NCBI GenBank assembly: GCA_037139555.1
Contig: JBAXGE010000002.1
Coordinates: 1-44,296 of the forward strand
Direction: 5' to 3'
Length of the DNA: 44,296 nt
Source of the DNA: Phycisphaerae bacterium
GTDB taxonomy: Bacteria > Planctomycetota > Phycisphaerae > WQYP01
Shown here: positions 35,826 through 44,296 of the stretch, in pieces
Layout: the number at the start of each line of letters is the position of its first letter
Numbering within the stretch: position 1 is the stretch's first letter
Position numbers and translations under genes: made by a program
Notes under the pieces: model-generated
What the model was told of the DNA's origin: nothing
Database searches by the model: none
The model's input: only the letters and a program-made list of their open reading frames with translations

Positions 35826-37694
35826 TTAGCTCAAAGCCAACCATTCGGCCTCGTGTTGTATGAAATGATGCAGGATGTCCTGCAGACGCGATTCCTGATT
35901 CCGTTGTCGCCAGAGACCGGCAAAGTCCTGGGCCAGATCATGAGCCTGTTGGGCCATCGCTCGGGCAGTATCCGCAGACAGCGCCCGCGGATCACGGGCG
36001 AATTCCATGCGCAGGATACTGCGTTCCAGCGTGTACTCAATTTGTCGTGCGGTCAGGCGCAATTCCCCAAGCAGCAGGGGGGCATCGGGGCGGGTACTCA
36101 TTAGGGCGCCGAGGTGATTGCGCCCTTGCCGCACTTCGGTCAGGGCTGAACGGAGTATGGACGCATCGCATCGCTCCAACCAGGTCCAATCATCCCACGC
36201 TTCACGGAACAGCCAAAAATCCACGCCAGCATTCTTGCGCAATACTCCGATTTGCTCCCATACCTGAGCCAAATGCCAGGCCTGCTGGGCAATACTTCCC
36301 GAGGTGGTCTGGAAGACGTGACAATCAACCGCCGCGATGAATTGATTCCATTCGCTGCCTGTGGGATTCCAACTCAGCGCCGCTCCCCACGCCATAGGCA
36401 GCATCGACACAGCCCAGAATTGCTGATGCCCGTGGTCGCCCCAGTCCGTGTTGAGCAGGCCCCGGGTGTTATGCTTGACGGCAGCCGTTGCCGCGTGCGC
36501 AATATTGTCGCGCCATACCTGGCCGCGCGTGCCAAACGTCATCCAACTACTGGTCCCCGGACACGCATAAACGGGCCGTTGGGCGTCACGATATTGTTTT
36601 AAGTTGGTAGCAAAGTCGTGCTCTGCCTCGTAGCCCCACTCCAGCAATACTGTCTCTGCTGGCAGTTCCACAATGAGCTCTGGGTGGTTGCGGATAATAT
36701 CGCCCCACATTTGAATGGACTTACCATAGTGACCGGCTAACTGTCCACAATAACGCACCCAGTCCACATAGAGCTTCCCGATCCCGATCTCGGTAGTAAG
36801 GGATGCCGATCGTCCCTGCCCCAAATCCCACGACTCATCACAGCAGATATTGCACAGCGAACTGTGGAAATGAGGCAAATACCCCGCATACATATCCGCC
36901 AGTAGTTGCTTGGCGGCCGGGTCAGTGACACACAAAGTCCAGGGATCGCTGCACCATGGTGTAATCCCTTTCGCGGGCAGTTCTGCCGGTTCAATTTCGG
37001 CCAACGGCCGATATTTGGGTAACCGTAGGATTTTGTCGAAATGCCCCAATGAAGTTAGCGACGGCACAAAGTCAATAAAACGCTGCTGACAGTAGTCGTC
37101 CAACTGCCGGATATCCTCCGCAGTTAGTGGCGTGGTCGCGGCGGATATTTCGGGATGACCGGGAAACGTGAAGGCATTCTCCATGTAAAGTTGAAACTCG
37201 TTGATTTTCAACGCGGCCAAATCGTCAATTAATTGCAGGAGCGTTTTCAGTTTCGGGACCTTACCCCGCGCCACATCAGAATAAAAACCCCGCCGGGGCA
37301 AGGCTGGCCAGTCGTTAATGGTCAATTCCGGCAACCGTCCGGGGGTATTCCGCATCAATTGCACCAGTGTTTGCAGGCCATAGTAGGCCCCGGCTTCAGT
37401 GCTGGCGGTCAGGCTAATCCCACCGGGGGCAATGGTCAGTTGATAGGCTTGCCGGGATAATTCCTCGGTAGGGGCCGGTAAACTACTGACGGACAGTTCC
37501 ATGCGGACACCCAGTCGTGGACCTTTGGGAAGTCTCAGCCGGGCTACTGCCCGACTTAAGTGCCGGGTGTAAATAAGCAGCCGCGTCCATTCGGATGGCA
37601 GCGTGAACCGGATTTTCTGGTAGAAAATATAACGCTGGGACGGCCGGGTCAGGCGTTGGGGCCGGGGGAGTAGAACTGGCAGGTTTCGACGCAT
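35826..37694 (-). CDS. GH20-family beta-N-acetylhexosaminidase-like protein
   Basis: The GH20b N-domain reads YQLTI...GAYYGLQTLVQL. The catalytic barrel reads RGFYSDVARG, KINEFQLYMEN, and CCDESWDLG with the D-E pair. I see no signal peptide. Confidence 0.75.
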   Translation of the reverse strand: MRRNLPVLLPRPQRLTRPSQRYIFYQKIRFTLPSEWTRLLIYTRHLSRAVARLRLPKGPRLGVRMELSVSSLPAPTEELSRQAYQLTIAPGGISLTASTEAGAYYGLQTLVQLMRNTPGRLPELTINDWPALPRRGFYSDVARGKVPKLKTLLQLIDDLAALKINEFQLYMENAFTFPGHPEISAATTPLTAEDIRQLDDYCQQRFIDFVPSLTSLGHFDKILRLPKYRPLAEIEPAELPAKGITPWCSDPWTLCVTDPAAKQLLADMYAGYLPHFHSSLCNICCDESWDLGQGRSASLTTEIGIGKLYVDWVRYCGQLAGHYGKSIQMWGDIIRNHPELIVELPAETVLLEWGYEAEHDFATNLKQYRDAQRPVYACPGTSSWMTFGTRGQVWRDNIAHAATAAVKHNTRGLLNTDWGDHGHQQFWAVSMLPMAWGAALSWNPTGSEWNQFIAAVDCHVFQTTSGSIAQQAWHLAQVWEQIGVLRKNAGVDFWLFREAWDDWTWLERCDASILRSALTEVRQGRNHLGALMSTRPDAPLLLGELRLTARQIEYTLERSILRMEFARDPRALSADTARAMAQQAHDLAQDFAGLWRQRNQESRLQDILHHFIQHEAEWLALS

Positions 37695-37817
37695 CAGAAT
37701 GGCAATCCCAGTAAGAATTTCGTAACAACAGGCAAATTACCCGCTGGGGGATGGACACGCAAGTCGGGGCTAGGGGCAGGGCTTGAAGATAATTTTCATA
37801 AAACCGGAATATATTTC

Positions 37818-37847
37818 TTGACTTTAACCCCAAGTCCCCACGATAAT
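37818..37847 (+). promoter_or_regulatory. Candidate sigma-70 promoter for the FliA-type sigma gene
   Basis: TTGACT (37818-37823), an 18-nt spacer, then GATAAT (37842-37847). This would give a leader of about 100 nt before the ATG at 37953. Confidence 0.4.
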
Positions 37848-37952
37848 TACCCGTACCTGATGAGTCCAAGGATTGGACAATATGCAGGCGTGTCGAAGAA
37901 TGGTCTGTAAAGCAGCCCGAGGCTGTCAGTGCATATGGTCAAGGAGTGACCG

Positions 37953-38768
37953 ATGGCAAAGACCCCAACTCAAGCAACCACGCGCCCGGCCACCCGCCAT
38001 CGTGAATTATGGCTGGCGTTTGCCCGTGCCCAAGGCAAAGCCCGTAACGAGCTGCGTAAACAGTTGTTGCTTACCTACCTGCCGACCGTGAAATATGCGG
38101 CGGACCGTCTGGCTAGCAAACTCCCCAGCCAAGTAAACGAAGACGATCTAAGTCAGGCGGGTATTTTTGGCCTGCGCGACGCGATTGAATCCTTTGACAT
38201 TAACCGGGGAGTTAAGTTTGAGACCTACTGCGCCACGCGGGTGCGCGGCGCCATGCTGGACGAACTGCGGGCCATGGATTGGGTTCCCCGGCTGGTACGT
38301 TCGCGTTCCCACAAAGTCCTGCGTGCCACCGATGCCCTGACGATGACGCTGGGTCGACCGCCCACCGCCGATGAGGTTGCAGCCTACTTGGGTATCCCCG
38401 AAGACGAACTGACCAAGATGGTGCGCGATACCGCCGCGCTGGCGAGTATGTCGCTGTTCAGTACCACCATGGCGGATACCGCAGAGTCGGAATCCGCCGC
38501 GCTGGATATTCTTTCCGATGACAAAATCCCCGACCCCACGAGTGCCTTTGCGGACCGGGATCTGCGTACCTTTTTGCTGCGGGGTTTGAATCGTAGCGAA
38601 CGATTGCTGCTGATTCTCTATTACTACGAAGAAATGACCATGAAGGAAATCGGCGCGGCGCTGGACCTGAGCGAATCGCGCGTCAGTCAGATGCACTCGG
38701 CGTTGCTGCTGCGGCTAAAGGCCCGGCTGTCCACACTTTCCTATGACGCCATGACTGAGTTGCGCTAA
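37953..38768 (+). CDS. fliA: FliA/WhiG-family (sigma-28) RNA polymerase sigma factor
   Basis: Motifs are DDLSQAGIFGLRDAIESFD, FETYCATRVRGAMLDELRAMDWVPR and ILYYYEEMTMKEIGAALDLSESRVSQMHSALLLRLK. AAGGAG lies 6 nt upstream of the ATG. Confidence 0.85.
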   Translation: MAKTPTQATTRPATRHRELWLAFARAQGKARNELRKQLLLTYLPTVKYAADRLASKLPSQVNEDDLSQAGIFGLRDAIESFDINRGVKFETYCATRVRGAMLDELRAMDWVPRLVRSRSHKVLRATDALTMTLGRPPTADEVAAYLGIPEDELTKMVRDTAALASMSLFSTTMADTAESESAALDILSDDKIPDPTSAFADRDLRTFLLRGLNRSERLLLILYYYEEMTMKEIGAALDLSESRVSQMHSALLLRLKARLSTLSYDAMTELR

Positions 38769-38772
38769 ACAA

Positions 38773-39642
38773 CTAGCCCTTCATGCCGGTTGTGGCGATC
38801 CCTTGCACAAAGGTTTTCTGCGCCAGCAGAAATAGGGCCAGAACCGGTGCAATCACGATCGCACTGGCCGCCATAAGTAATTCCCAACTTACCCCACCGG
38901 ATTGACTTTGAAATGACTGGAGCGCCACCGCGAGGGTGAATTGGCGTTGGTGATTCAGGTAGATCAGGGGTCCCAGAAAATCATTCCAAGCCCCCATAAA
39001 CGCAAATAAAGCCACCACAGTCAGGGCGGGTTTGCTCAAAGGTAATACAATGCGCCACCAGATGGTAAATTCACTACACCCATCCAGCCGGGCGGCTTCG
39101 GAGAGTTCTTGCGGAATGGTGATATAAAATTGCCGCAGAAGGAAGATGTAAAAAGGGACCCCGAAGAACGACGGCAGCCAGAGTGGGGCAGTGGTGCCAA
39201 TCAGCCCGAAAGTGCGGAAGATGTCGTATTGGGTCACCATGGTGACGCTGAAGGGTACCATCATGCAGCCCAACACGAGCAGGAGCAGCAGATTGCGTCC
39301 ATACCATTGCAGACGGGCCAATGCATAGGCTACCAGCGAACTGGATAGGGTGGCCCCCAGTACCTGAAGTACGGCAATGATGATGGTGTTCCGCGCGTAG
39401 AGGATGAGGTTAAACTGGCGGTCACTCCAGACCTTGGCGTAATTTTCCGGGGTGAATTGCCGGGGCAACCAGAAGGCCAGTTCCCCGGGCGTTGCGGGAT
39501 TGGCAAATTCGTGCGGGTCACGTAAGCTGGTGGCGATCATCCAGAAAAAAGGCAGTGCAAACATAACCCCCAGCACACTCAGCAGTGCGAGGGTGGACCC
39601 GCGTGACCATAGCCGTGATTGCCTCATAGCGCCGTACCGCAT
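38773..39642 (-). CDS. Carbohydrate ABC transporter permease (MalG/BPD_transp_1 type)
   Basis: 289 aa with 6 TM segments. The EAA loop reads ELSEAARLDGCSEFTIWWRIVLPLSKPAL. Confidence 0.85.
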   Translation of the reverse strand: MRYGAMRQSRLWSRGSTLALLSVLGVMFALPFFWMIATSLRDPHEFANPATPGELAFWLPRQFTPENYAKVWSDRQFNLILYARNTIIIAVLQVLGATLSSSLVAYALARLQWYGRNLLLLLVLGCMMVPFSVTMVTQYDIFRTFGLIGTTAPLWLPSFFGVPFYIFLLRQFYITIPQELSEAARLDGCSEFTIWWRIVLPLSKPALTVVALFAFMGAWNDFLGPLIYLNHQRQFTLAVALQSFQSQSGGVSWELLMAASAIVIAPVLALFLLAQKTFVQGIATTGMKG

Positions 39643-39707
39643 CCCGTCTTGATTAAGCCAATCAGACTACCAGACGCGGTATAAATACGCCAGTGTCGCC
39701 AAACCCC

Positions 39708-41213
39708 TCAGGCCTTAAGTTCCGGTCGTCCCGCCACCGGCCAATCCACATGGAAGAACTTGCCCCGGGGCTCATCCACGCGTTCGTAAGTGTGGGCGCC
39801 GAAATAGTCCCGCTGGGCCTGCAGAAGGCTGGCAGGCGACCGAGCGCTACGATAACCGTCAAAGTAGGCCAGCGCCGCCATAAAGGCCGGGGCGGCAATG
39901 CCATTTTGGGCACATAGCGCCACAATATTGCGCCAGGATTCGCTGCCGAGGGCCAACTGCTTTTTGAAGAACGGGTCCAGCAGCAGATTGGCCAACGCGG
40001 GATTCTGTCGGTATGCGTCGGTGATTTTTTGCAGGAATCGGGCCCGGATAATGCACCCGCCACGCCAGATTTTGGCGATACCACCAAAATCCAACTGCCA
40101 GCCATACTCACCCTGAGCGGCAGCCATAAGTTGGAATCCTTGCGCATAGGCACAAATTTTCGAGCAATAGAGCGCTGCTTCGACCTGAGCGATCAACCGT
40201 TGCTTGGCGATGCGGGTCTTGACCTTGGGGCCTTTGATAATTTTGCCGGCGTGGACACGTTCTTCCTTCAGGGCGCTCATACACCGGGCAAAGACCGCCT
40301 CGGCCATGGCATTGGCGGGGATACCCAAATCCAACGCATTGACCGAGGTCCATTTGCCGGTGCCTTTTTGGCCGGCCGCATCCACGATTACATCCACCAG
40401 AAACTTGCGATTATTACGGGGATCACGCTGCCGCAGGATATCGGCAGTGATCTCGATCAGATACGACCCCAAACGTTCTTGATCCCAACGGGCAAAGACT
40501 TCGGCTAACTCATCGGGACCGAAACCACCTAATTGTCGCAAGACCCAGTAGGCCTCGCCGATCAACTGCATATCCACGTATTCGATGGCGTTGTGTACCA
40601 TTTTGACATAGTGGCCCGCGCCATTGGGGCCAATATATGCGGAGCAGGCTTCGCCCCCGAGGACGGGCTTGCCGGGGGCATAATCCTCCAACGGACGTCC
40701 CTGGGCATCCACCCGGGCGGCAATCGCCGACCAGATCGGCTCCAAATACTTCCAACTGGCCGCATCGCCGCCGGGCATCAAAGAGGGGCCAAAGCGGGCG
40801 CCAATTTCCCCGCCGGAAACCCCCGAACCCATGAATTTCAGTTTGCCGGCATATTTCTTTTCCCTGGCTATCGTGTCGGTAAACAGGCTATTGCCGGCAT
40901 CAATCACCAGATCATCGGGTTCTAGCCCCGCGGTGAGTAGTTGGTCAATCACGGCATCAATCGCCGCGCCAGCTTTGACCATGATGATGACCTTGCGGGG
41001 GCGTTTCAGGCTGGCCAAGAGTTCCGGCAGGTCGGTCGCTGCCACCAGACCGCCGGGTGTATCGGGGTGTTGGGCTAAAAATGTCTGGGTTACCTCGGTG
41101 GTCCGGTTATAGACCGCCACCCGGAAGCCGTGGTCGGCAATATTCAATGCCAGATTGCGTCCCATCACAGCCAAGCCGATTACCGCGATATCTGCCAATG
41201 CTGATCCTGCCAT
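39708..41213 (-). CDS. gnd: 6-phosphogluconate dehydrogenase (decarboxylating)
   Basis: The internal start gives [24 protein letters not shown] (the NADP site). Also present are [31 protein letters not shown] and [15 protein letters not shown]. Confidence 0.9.
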   Translation of the reverse strand: MAGSALADIAVIGLAVMGRNLALNIADHGFRVAVYNRTTEVTQTFLAQHPDTPGGLVAATDLPELLASLKRPRKVIIMVKAGAAIDAVIDQLLTAGLEPDDLVIDAGNSLFTDTIAREKKYAGKLKFMGSGVSGGEIGARFGPSLMPGGDAASWKYLEPIWSAIAARVDAQGRPLEDYAPGKPVLGGEACSAYIGPNGAGHYVKMVHNAIEYVDMQLIGEAYWVLRQLGGFGPDELAEVFARWDQERLGSYLIEITADILRQRDPRNNRKFLVDVIVDAAGQKGTGKWTSVNALDLGIPANAMAEAVFARCMSALKEERVHAGKIIKGPKVKTRIAKQRLIAQVEAALYCSKICAYAQGFQLMAAAQGEYGWQLDFGGIAKIWRGGCIIRARFLQKITDAYRQNPALANLLLDPFFKKQLALGSESWRNIVALCAQNGIAAPAFMAALAYFDGYRSARSPASLLQAQRDYFGAHTYERVDEPRGKFFHVDWPVAGRPELKA

Positions 41214-41325
41214 GCTCGTTATACTCCTGACGCCCGGGTGGTGGCCAAACGGGACGTTTGCCTGCACAATAACCATTACACGAGACGGAACTCCCGTCTC
41301 TTACCCGTAAGTATAGGAAGCGATT

Positions 41326-41847
41326 ATGGCTCCGTCAGCAGACACTCCATTGCCCTACAAAATTGCCGTTTTGGTGTATATCCGTAATACCGCCGGGGAA
41401 GTACTCTTGTTGCACCGGGGCAAAGAACCTAATTTCGGGCTCTATTCGCCCATTGGCGGAAAACTCGAGCAGGCCATCGGCGAATCACCCGTGGCCTGCG
41501 CCCAACGTGAGGCGCATGAAGAAATTGGGATTGATTTACCACTGACAGATTTTCGTCTCAGCGGGATTGTGTCGGAAACCGCCTACAACGGACAAACGCA
41601 CTGGTTGATGTTCTGTTACGAAGTGCTGCGTCCGCTTGATTTCCCCCCCCGTACGATGAATGAAGGCCGGCTGGAGTGGATTGCGCTGGCGGATATCATT
41701 CGCCTGACGCTGCCGGATTCGGATCGGCAGGTGATTTGGCCGCAGCTACGCAAACATGCCCGTATCTTTGGGGGCGATGGGGAGGTGTTCACAGTCCATC
41801 TGGATTGTCGGACCCAGCCGATGCAATGGACGGTTCAGCAACCGTAA
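41326..41847 (+). CDS. NUDIX hydrolase
   Basis: The Nudix box is GGKLEQAIGESPVACAQREAHEEIGI. An AGGAAG Shine-Dalgarno is present. Confidence 0.8.
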   Translation: MAPSADTPLPYKIAVLVYIRNTAGEVLLLHRGKEPNFGLYSPIGGKLEQAIGESPVACAQREAHEEIGIDLPLTDFRLSGIVSETAYNGQTHWLMFCYEVLRPLDFPPRTMNEGRLEWIALADIIRLTLPDSDRQVIWPQLRKHARIFGGDGEVFTVHLDCRTQPMQWTVQQP

Positions 41848-41868
41848 CCGAAACCACCCGCACCAATG

Positions 41869-41893
41869 ATTAATCCCGAGCACAAGGCCCGGG
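41869..41893. terminator. Hairpin between the convergent NUDIX and acidic-protein genes
   Basis: A 7-bp stem pairs AATCCCG with CGGGATT around an 11-nt loop. It is followed by TTT on the plus strand. This is a weak terminator candidate. Confidence 0.3.
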
Positions 41894-41933
41894 ATTTAGT
41901 GGACACGTTTGAGTTTTCCAAGCGGGTAGCCGC

Positions 41934-42314
41934 TCAGTCATCCTCATCTTCGTCAATGTTCAAATCCTCGTCGTCATATTCGTCGAGGTCGTCATCATCA
42001 TATCGGTCGAAACCGTCTTCCTCTTCTTCCTCGTCGTCATCGTCTTCATCTTCATCGTCATCAAAATCATCGAGATCATCGTCATCATCTTCGAGTTCGT
42101 CTTCTTCCTCTTCGGTTTCATCCTCGGCCGGTTCGGGTGCCACGGGCTCTTTTTTGGGCTTGCGGGCCAATTCCGCCTGCAGATTGGTGCTGTGCATATC
42201 CGCGTCCAAACCTACCGAACCTACCGAAGCCAGCAGCAATTCCGCGTGCTCGGTCAGGGAGAGAATGGCCGTATCGGCCACCGCCTGAGTCAAGATCATC
42301 GTTGCGCTATTCAT
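41934..42314 (-). CDS. Small protein with an extreme poly-Asp/Glu C-terminal tail
   Basis: 126 aa counted from the ATG at 42312-42314, with AAGGAG 7 nt upstream. The N-terminal roughly 45 aa are non-repetitive. By my count, about 50 of the last 64 residues are D or E. I recognise no family. Confidence 0.6.
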   Translation of the reverse strand: MNSATMILTQAVADTAILSLTEHAELLLASVGSVGLDADMHSTNLQAELARKPKKEPVAPEPAEDETEEEEDELEDDDDDLDDFDDDEDEDDDDEEEEEDGFDRYDDDDLDEYDDEDLNIDEDEDD

Positions 42315-42530
42315 ATACACGCTCCTTTAAACTATCGGTCAAACTATCCATCACCTACAACCCGGGGCTTCGGCGCGGGTGATTCTATCCAACTGATAAC
42401 ACCACCCGCAAAATAACCATGTCCATGCGAGGCGTACAATACAGGCATTTTTCTGCCTGTCAATATCCCTACATAAAAAATGTTTTTCCGCGGGTTACCG
42501 GATAACTGGGGCAACAATCCGGAATCTGGG

Positions 42531-42560
42531 TTGAAACCACCTATCGGTTGGCTCTATGAT
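42531..42560 (+). promoter_or_regulatory. Candidate sigma-70 promoter for trpB
   Basis: TTGAAA (42531-42536), an 18-nt spacer, then TATGAT (42555-42560). AGGAG lies at 42574-42578 and the ATG at 42584. Confidence 0.4.
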
Positions 42561-42583
42561 GCCGCATAACTACAGGAGTCGTC

Positions 42584-43816
42584 ATGAGTTCCACCAGCCC
42601 TAATTCCCCCCGCGCCGCCTCGGCGCAGGTCCCCGATAGCCATGGATATTTTGGCTGCTATGGCGGCAGCTATGTTCCCGAAACACTGATGGGAGCGGTT
42701 CATCAACTGGCTGAGGTATACGATGAGGCCCAAAAAGACCCCGAATTTCACCGTGAGTTAGCCTACTATCTTAAATACTTTGTCGGACGTCCTACGCCCT
42801 TGTACTTTGCCCAACGCCTGACGGAAATGGGTGGCGGCGCCAAAATCTTTCTTAAACGTGAAGATTTGACCCATACCGGTGCCCATAAAATCAACAACAC
42901 CATCGGGCAAGCACTACTTACCGTAAGAATGAAAAAGAAGCGGGTTATTGCCGAGACCGGAGCCGGACAGCATGGGGTAGGAACTGCCACGGCCGCTGCG
43001 GTCATGGGGTTGCAATGCGACGTTTACATGGGCAGTGAAGATATCCGCCGACAGGCCCTGAATGTATTCCGGATGCGCTTATTGGGCGCCAAGGTTATTG
43101 CCGTGGAATCGGGGCTTAAGACGCTCAAAGATGCTTTAAACGAAGCGATGCGCGATTGGATGGGCTCGGTAGCCCACACCCATTACATTCTGGGTACCGT
43201 GGCTGGTCCCCATCCGTTCCCCCGCATCGTGCGGGATTTCCAGGCCATCATTGGCCGGGAAACCCGGCAACAGAGTTTGGACCAATTCGGGCGTTTGCCC
43301 GATGCGCTGGTGGCGTGTGTAGGCGGCGGGTCAAATGCTGCCGGGATGTTCTATCCCTTCATCGAAGACACGCAGGTTAAACTTTATGGCGCGGAGGCGG
43401 GGGGGCGCAGTCCCCAAGACGGCCAACATGCCGCGTCGCTGTCTCTGGGCCAGCCCGGGGTGCTGCACGGATCGCTGACGTATGTCCTGCAGGATGCCGA
43501 TGGGCAGACCGCGGATGTGCATTCGGTCTCGGCGGGGTTGGATTATCCCGGCGTGGGGCCCGAGCATGCTTATTGGAAAGACACCCAACGGGTAGAATAT
43601 TCCGCGATTACCGATGAGCAGGCCTTGGAGGCGTTTCAAGTGCTGGCCCAACGGGAAGGGATTATCCCTGCATTGGAATCCGCGCACGCAATTGCGCGGG
43701 CTTTGCAGATTGCGGGTACCATGAATAAAGAACAAATACTGGTGATCAATCTGTCGGGGCGTGGTGATAAAGATTGCATGGAAGTGGCCCGGATTCTGGA
43801 TGAGCGCAAGCAATAA
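42584..43816 (+). CDS. trpB: Tryptophan synthase beta chain
   Basis: 410 aa. [16 protein letters not shown] carries the PLP lysine. Also present are [16 protein letters not shown] and the GRGDKD tail region. Confidence 0.95.
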   Translation: MSSTSPNSPRAASAQVPDSHGYFGCYGGSYVPETLMGAVHQLAEVYDEAQKDPEFHRELAYYLKYFVGRPTPLYFAQRLTEMGGGAKIFLKREDLTHTGAHKINNTIGQALLTVRMKKKRVIAETGAGQHGVGTATAAAVMGLQCDVYMGSEDIRRQALNVFRMRLLGAKVIAVESGLKTLKDALNEAMRDWMGSVAHTHYILGTVAGPHPFPRIVRDFQAIIGRETRQQSLDQFGRLPDALVACVGGGSNAAGMFYPFIEDTQVKLYGAEAGGRSPQDGQHAASLSLGQPGVLHGSLTYVLQDADGQTADVHSVSAGLDYPGVGPEHAYWKDTQRVEYSAITDEQALEAFQVLAQREGIIPALESAHAIARALQIAGTMNKEQILVINLSGRGDKDCMEVARILDERKQ

Positions 43817-43826
43817 GGACCTGACT

Positions 43827-44153
43827 ATGAAACTGACGTGGATCATGCTGGTGGGCTTAACGGTGGTTATGGTGGGTTGTGAAGCCGCGCCCGAGATGGG
43901 GCGGCAGCGCCGGGCCGTGCGTGGCACGGATACGGTGGCGGATGTTGGCAGTGAGGCCAACCGTCAACCCGAAGGCCCGGTGCGTTTATTTGAAGTGGAT
44001 TTCCCGGCCACCAAAGATGACAGTTTTACCGTGCGCACCATTGCCGATCCCTTGCTGCCCCCCCGGATTGCGGCCTCGCAACCGACTACCGCGCCGGCCT
44101 CGGTGGGGAACCCCGGACTGCCGGTACGGGGCGTTTTGGACTCGACCCAATAA
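43827..44153 (+). CDS. Putative lipoprotein
   Basis: The internal start gives MKLTWIMLVGLTVVMVGC, a signal peptide with a lipobox-like VMVGC. The rest of the protein is Pro/Ala-rich. I recognise no family. Confidence 0.5.
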   Translation: MKLTWIMLVGLTVVMVGCEAAPEMGRQRRAVRGTDTVADVGSEANRQPEGPVRLFEVDFPATKDDSFTVRTIADPLLPPRIAASQPTTAPASVGNPGLPVRGVLDSTQ

Positions 44154-44170
44154 ATGTTTGGGGTTTCACC

Positions 44171-44296
44171 GTGGCGACATTTGCGACAACGATGTTACGC
44201 TTGGCCCCGGCCAACCCGATTCTGCTCCGCGTAGTGACGGGGGCGGGCCGGCGCTGGCGGGATGCCCTGTTGCGGGTGGGTTATCTGGGGCTACTG
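44171..44296 (+). CDS. 5' fragment of an ORF running off the window (possible ABC-2-type permease N-terminus)
   Basis: An open frame runs from the GTG at 44171 (or the ATG at 44192) to the window end, reading ...MLRLAPANPILLRVVTGAGRRWRDALLRVGYLGLL. The pattern NPI..R.....R.WR resembles N-termini of ABC-2 permeases. It is not in the ORF track because it is truncated. Confidence 0.25.
   Translation, partial: MATFATTMLRLAPANPILLRVVTGAGRRWRDALLRVGYLGLL

Noticed and set aside
41866-42288. A 140-aa poly-Ser ORF on the plus strand
   Set aside because: It is the reverse-complement mirror of the acidic-tail ORF, since GAT/GAC/GAA/GAG read backwards give TC-rich Ser codons. It has no Shine-Dalgarno, its ATG sits inside the inter-genic hairpin at 41869-41893, and it overlaps the NUDIX terminator region. 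The minus-strand ORF has AAGGAG at ideal spacing. Strand choice still deserves experimental confirmation.
42419-42505. A 28-codon upstream ORF plus a hairpin (ACAGGCA-TTTTTC-TGCCTGT, 42441-42460) as a possible trp attenuator ahead of trpB
   Set aside because: The small ORF contains no Trp codons. The hairpin is not followed by a U-run. It also lies upstream of the best trpB promoter candidate (42531-42560). It may instead relate to the divergent acidic-protein gene.

Overview
Gene-dense, moderately GC-rich chromosomal segment with about 40 CDS and gaps mostly under 270 bp. I could not find any rRNA, tRNA, CRISPR array, transposase/IS or phage genes. Most of the content is housekeeping: ilvD, metH, ahcY, thrS, gnd, trpB, bcp, a type I phosphomannose isomerase, an RluB-like pseudouridine synthase, a DinG-family helicase and a YmdB-like phosphoesterase. 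There are also envelope and glycan genes: GT2 plus UDP-glucuronate decarboxylase, an MGDG-synthase-like GT28, a CE4 deacetylase, GH42, GH20 and a PIG-V-like membrane GT. Regulators include two ECF sigma/anti-sigma pairs, a FliA-type sigma factor and an ArsR-methyltransferase fusion. An enlarged prepilin peptidase is also present. The repertoire suggests a Planctomycetota/PVC-type genome, but that is a low-confidence inference. I saw no obvious defence island or mobile element. The most interesting candidates are: (1) a mini-zincin metallopeptidase translationally coupled to an SRAP/YedK abasic-site crosslinking protein; (2) a SahR-like regulator between ahcY and a divergent manA-rluB-metH operon, with candidate operators; (3) a small protein whose C-terminal 64 residues are about 78 percent Asp/Glu; (4) a structured leader of about 170 nt upstream of thrS; (5) an ECF sigma / anti-sigma / PDZ-only secreted protein operon. 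All functional calls come from by-eye motif recognition on the supplied translations. No database search was run.
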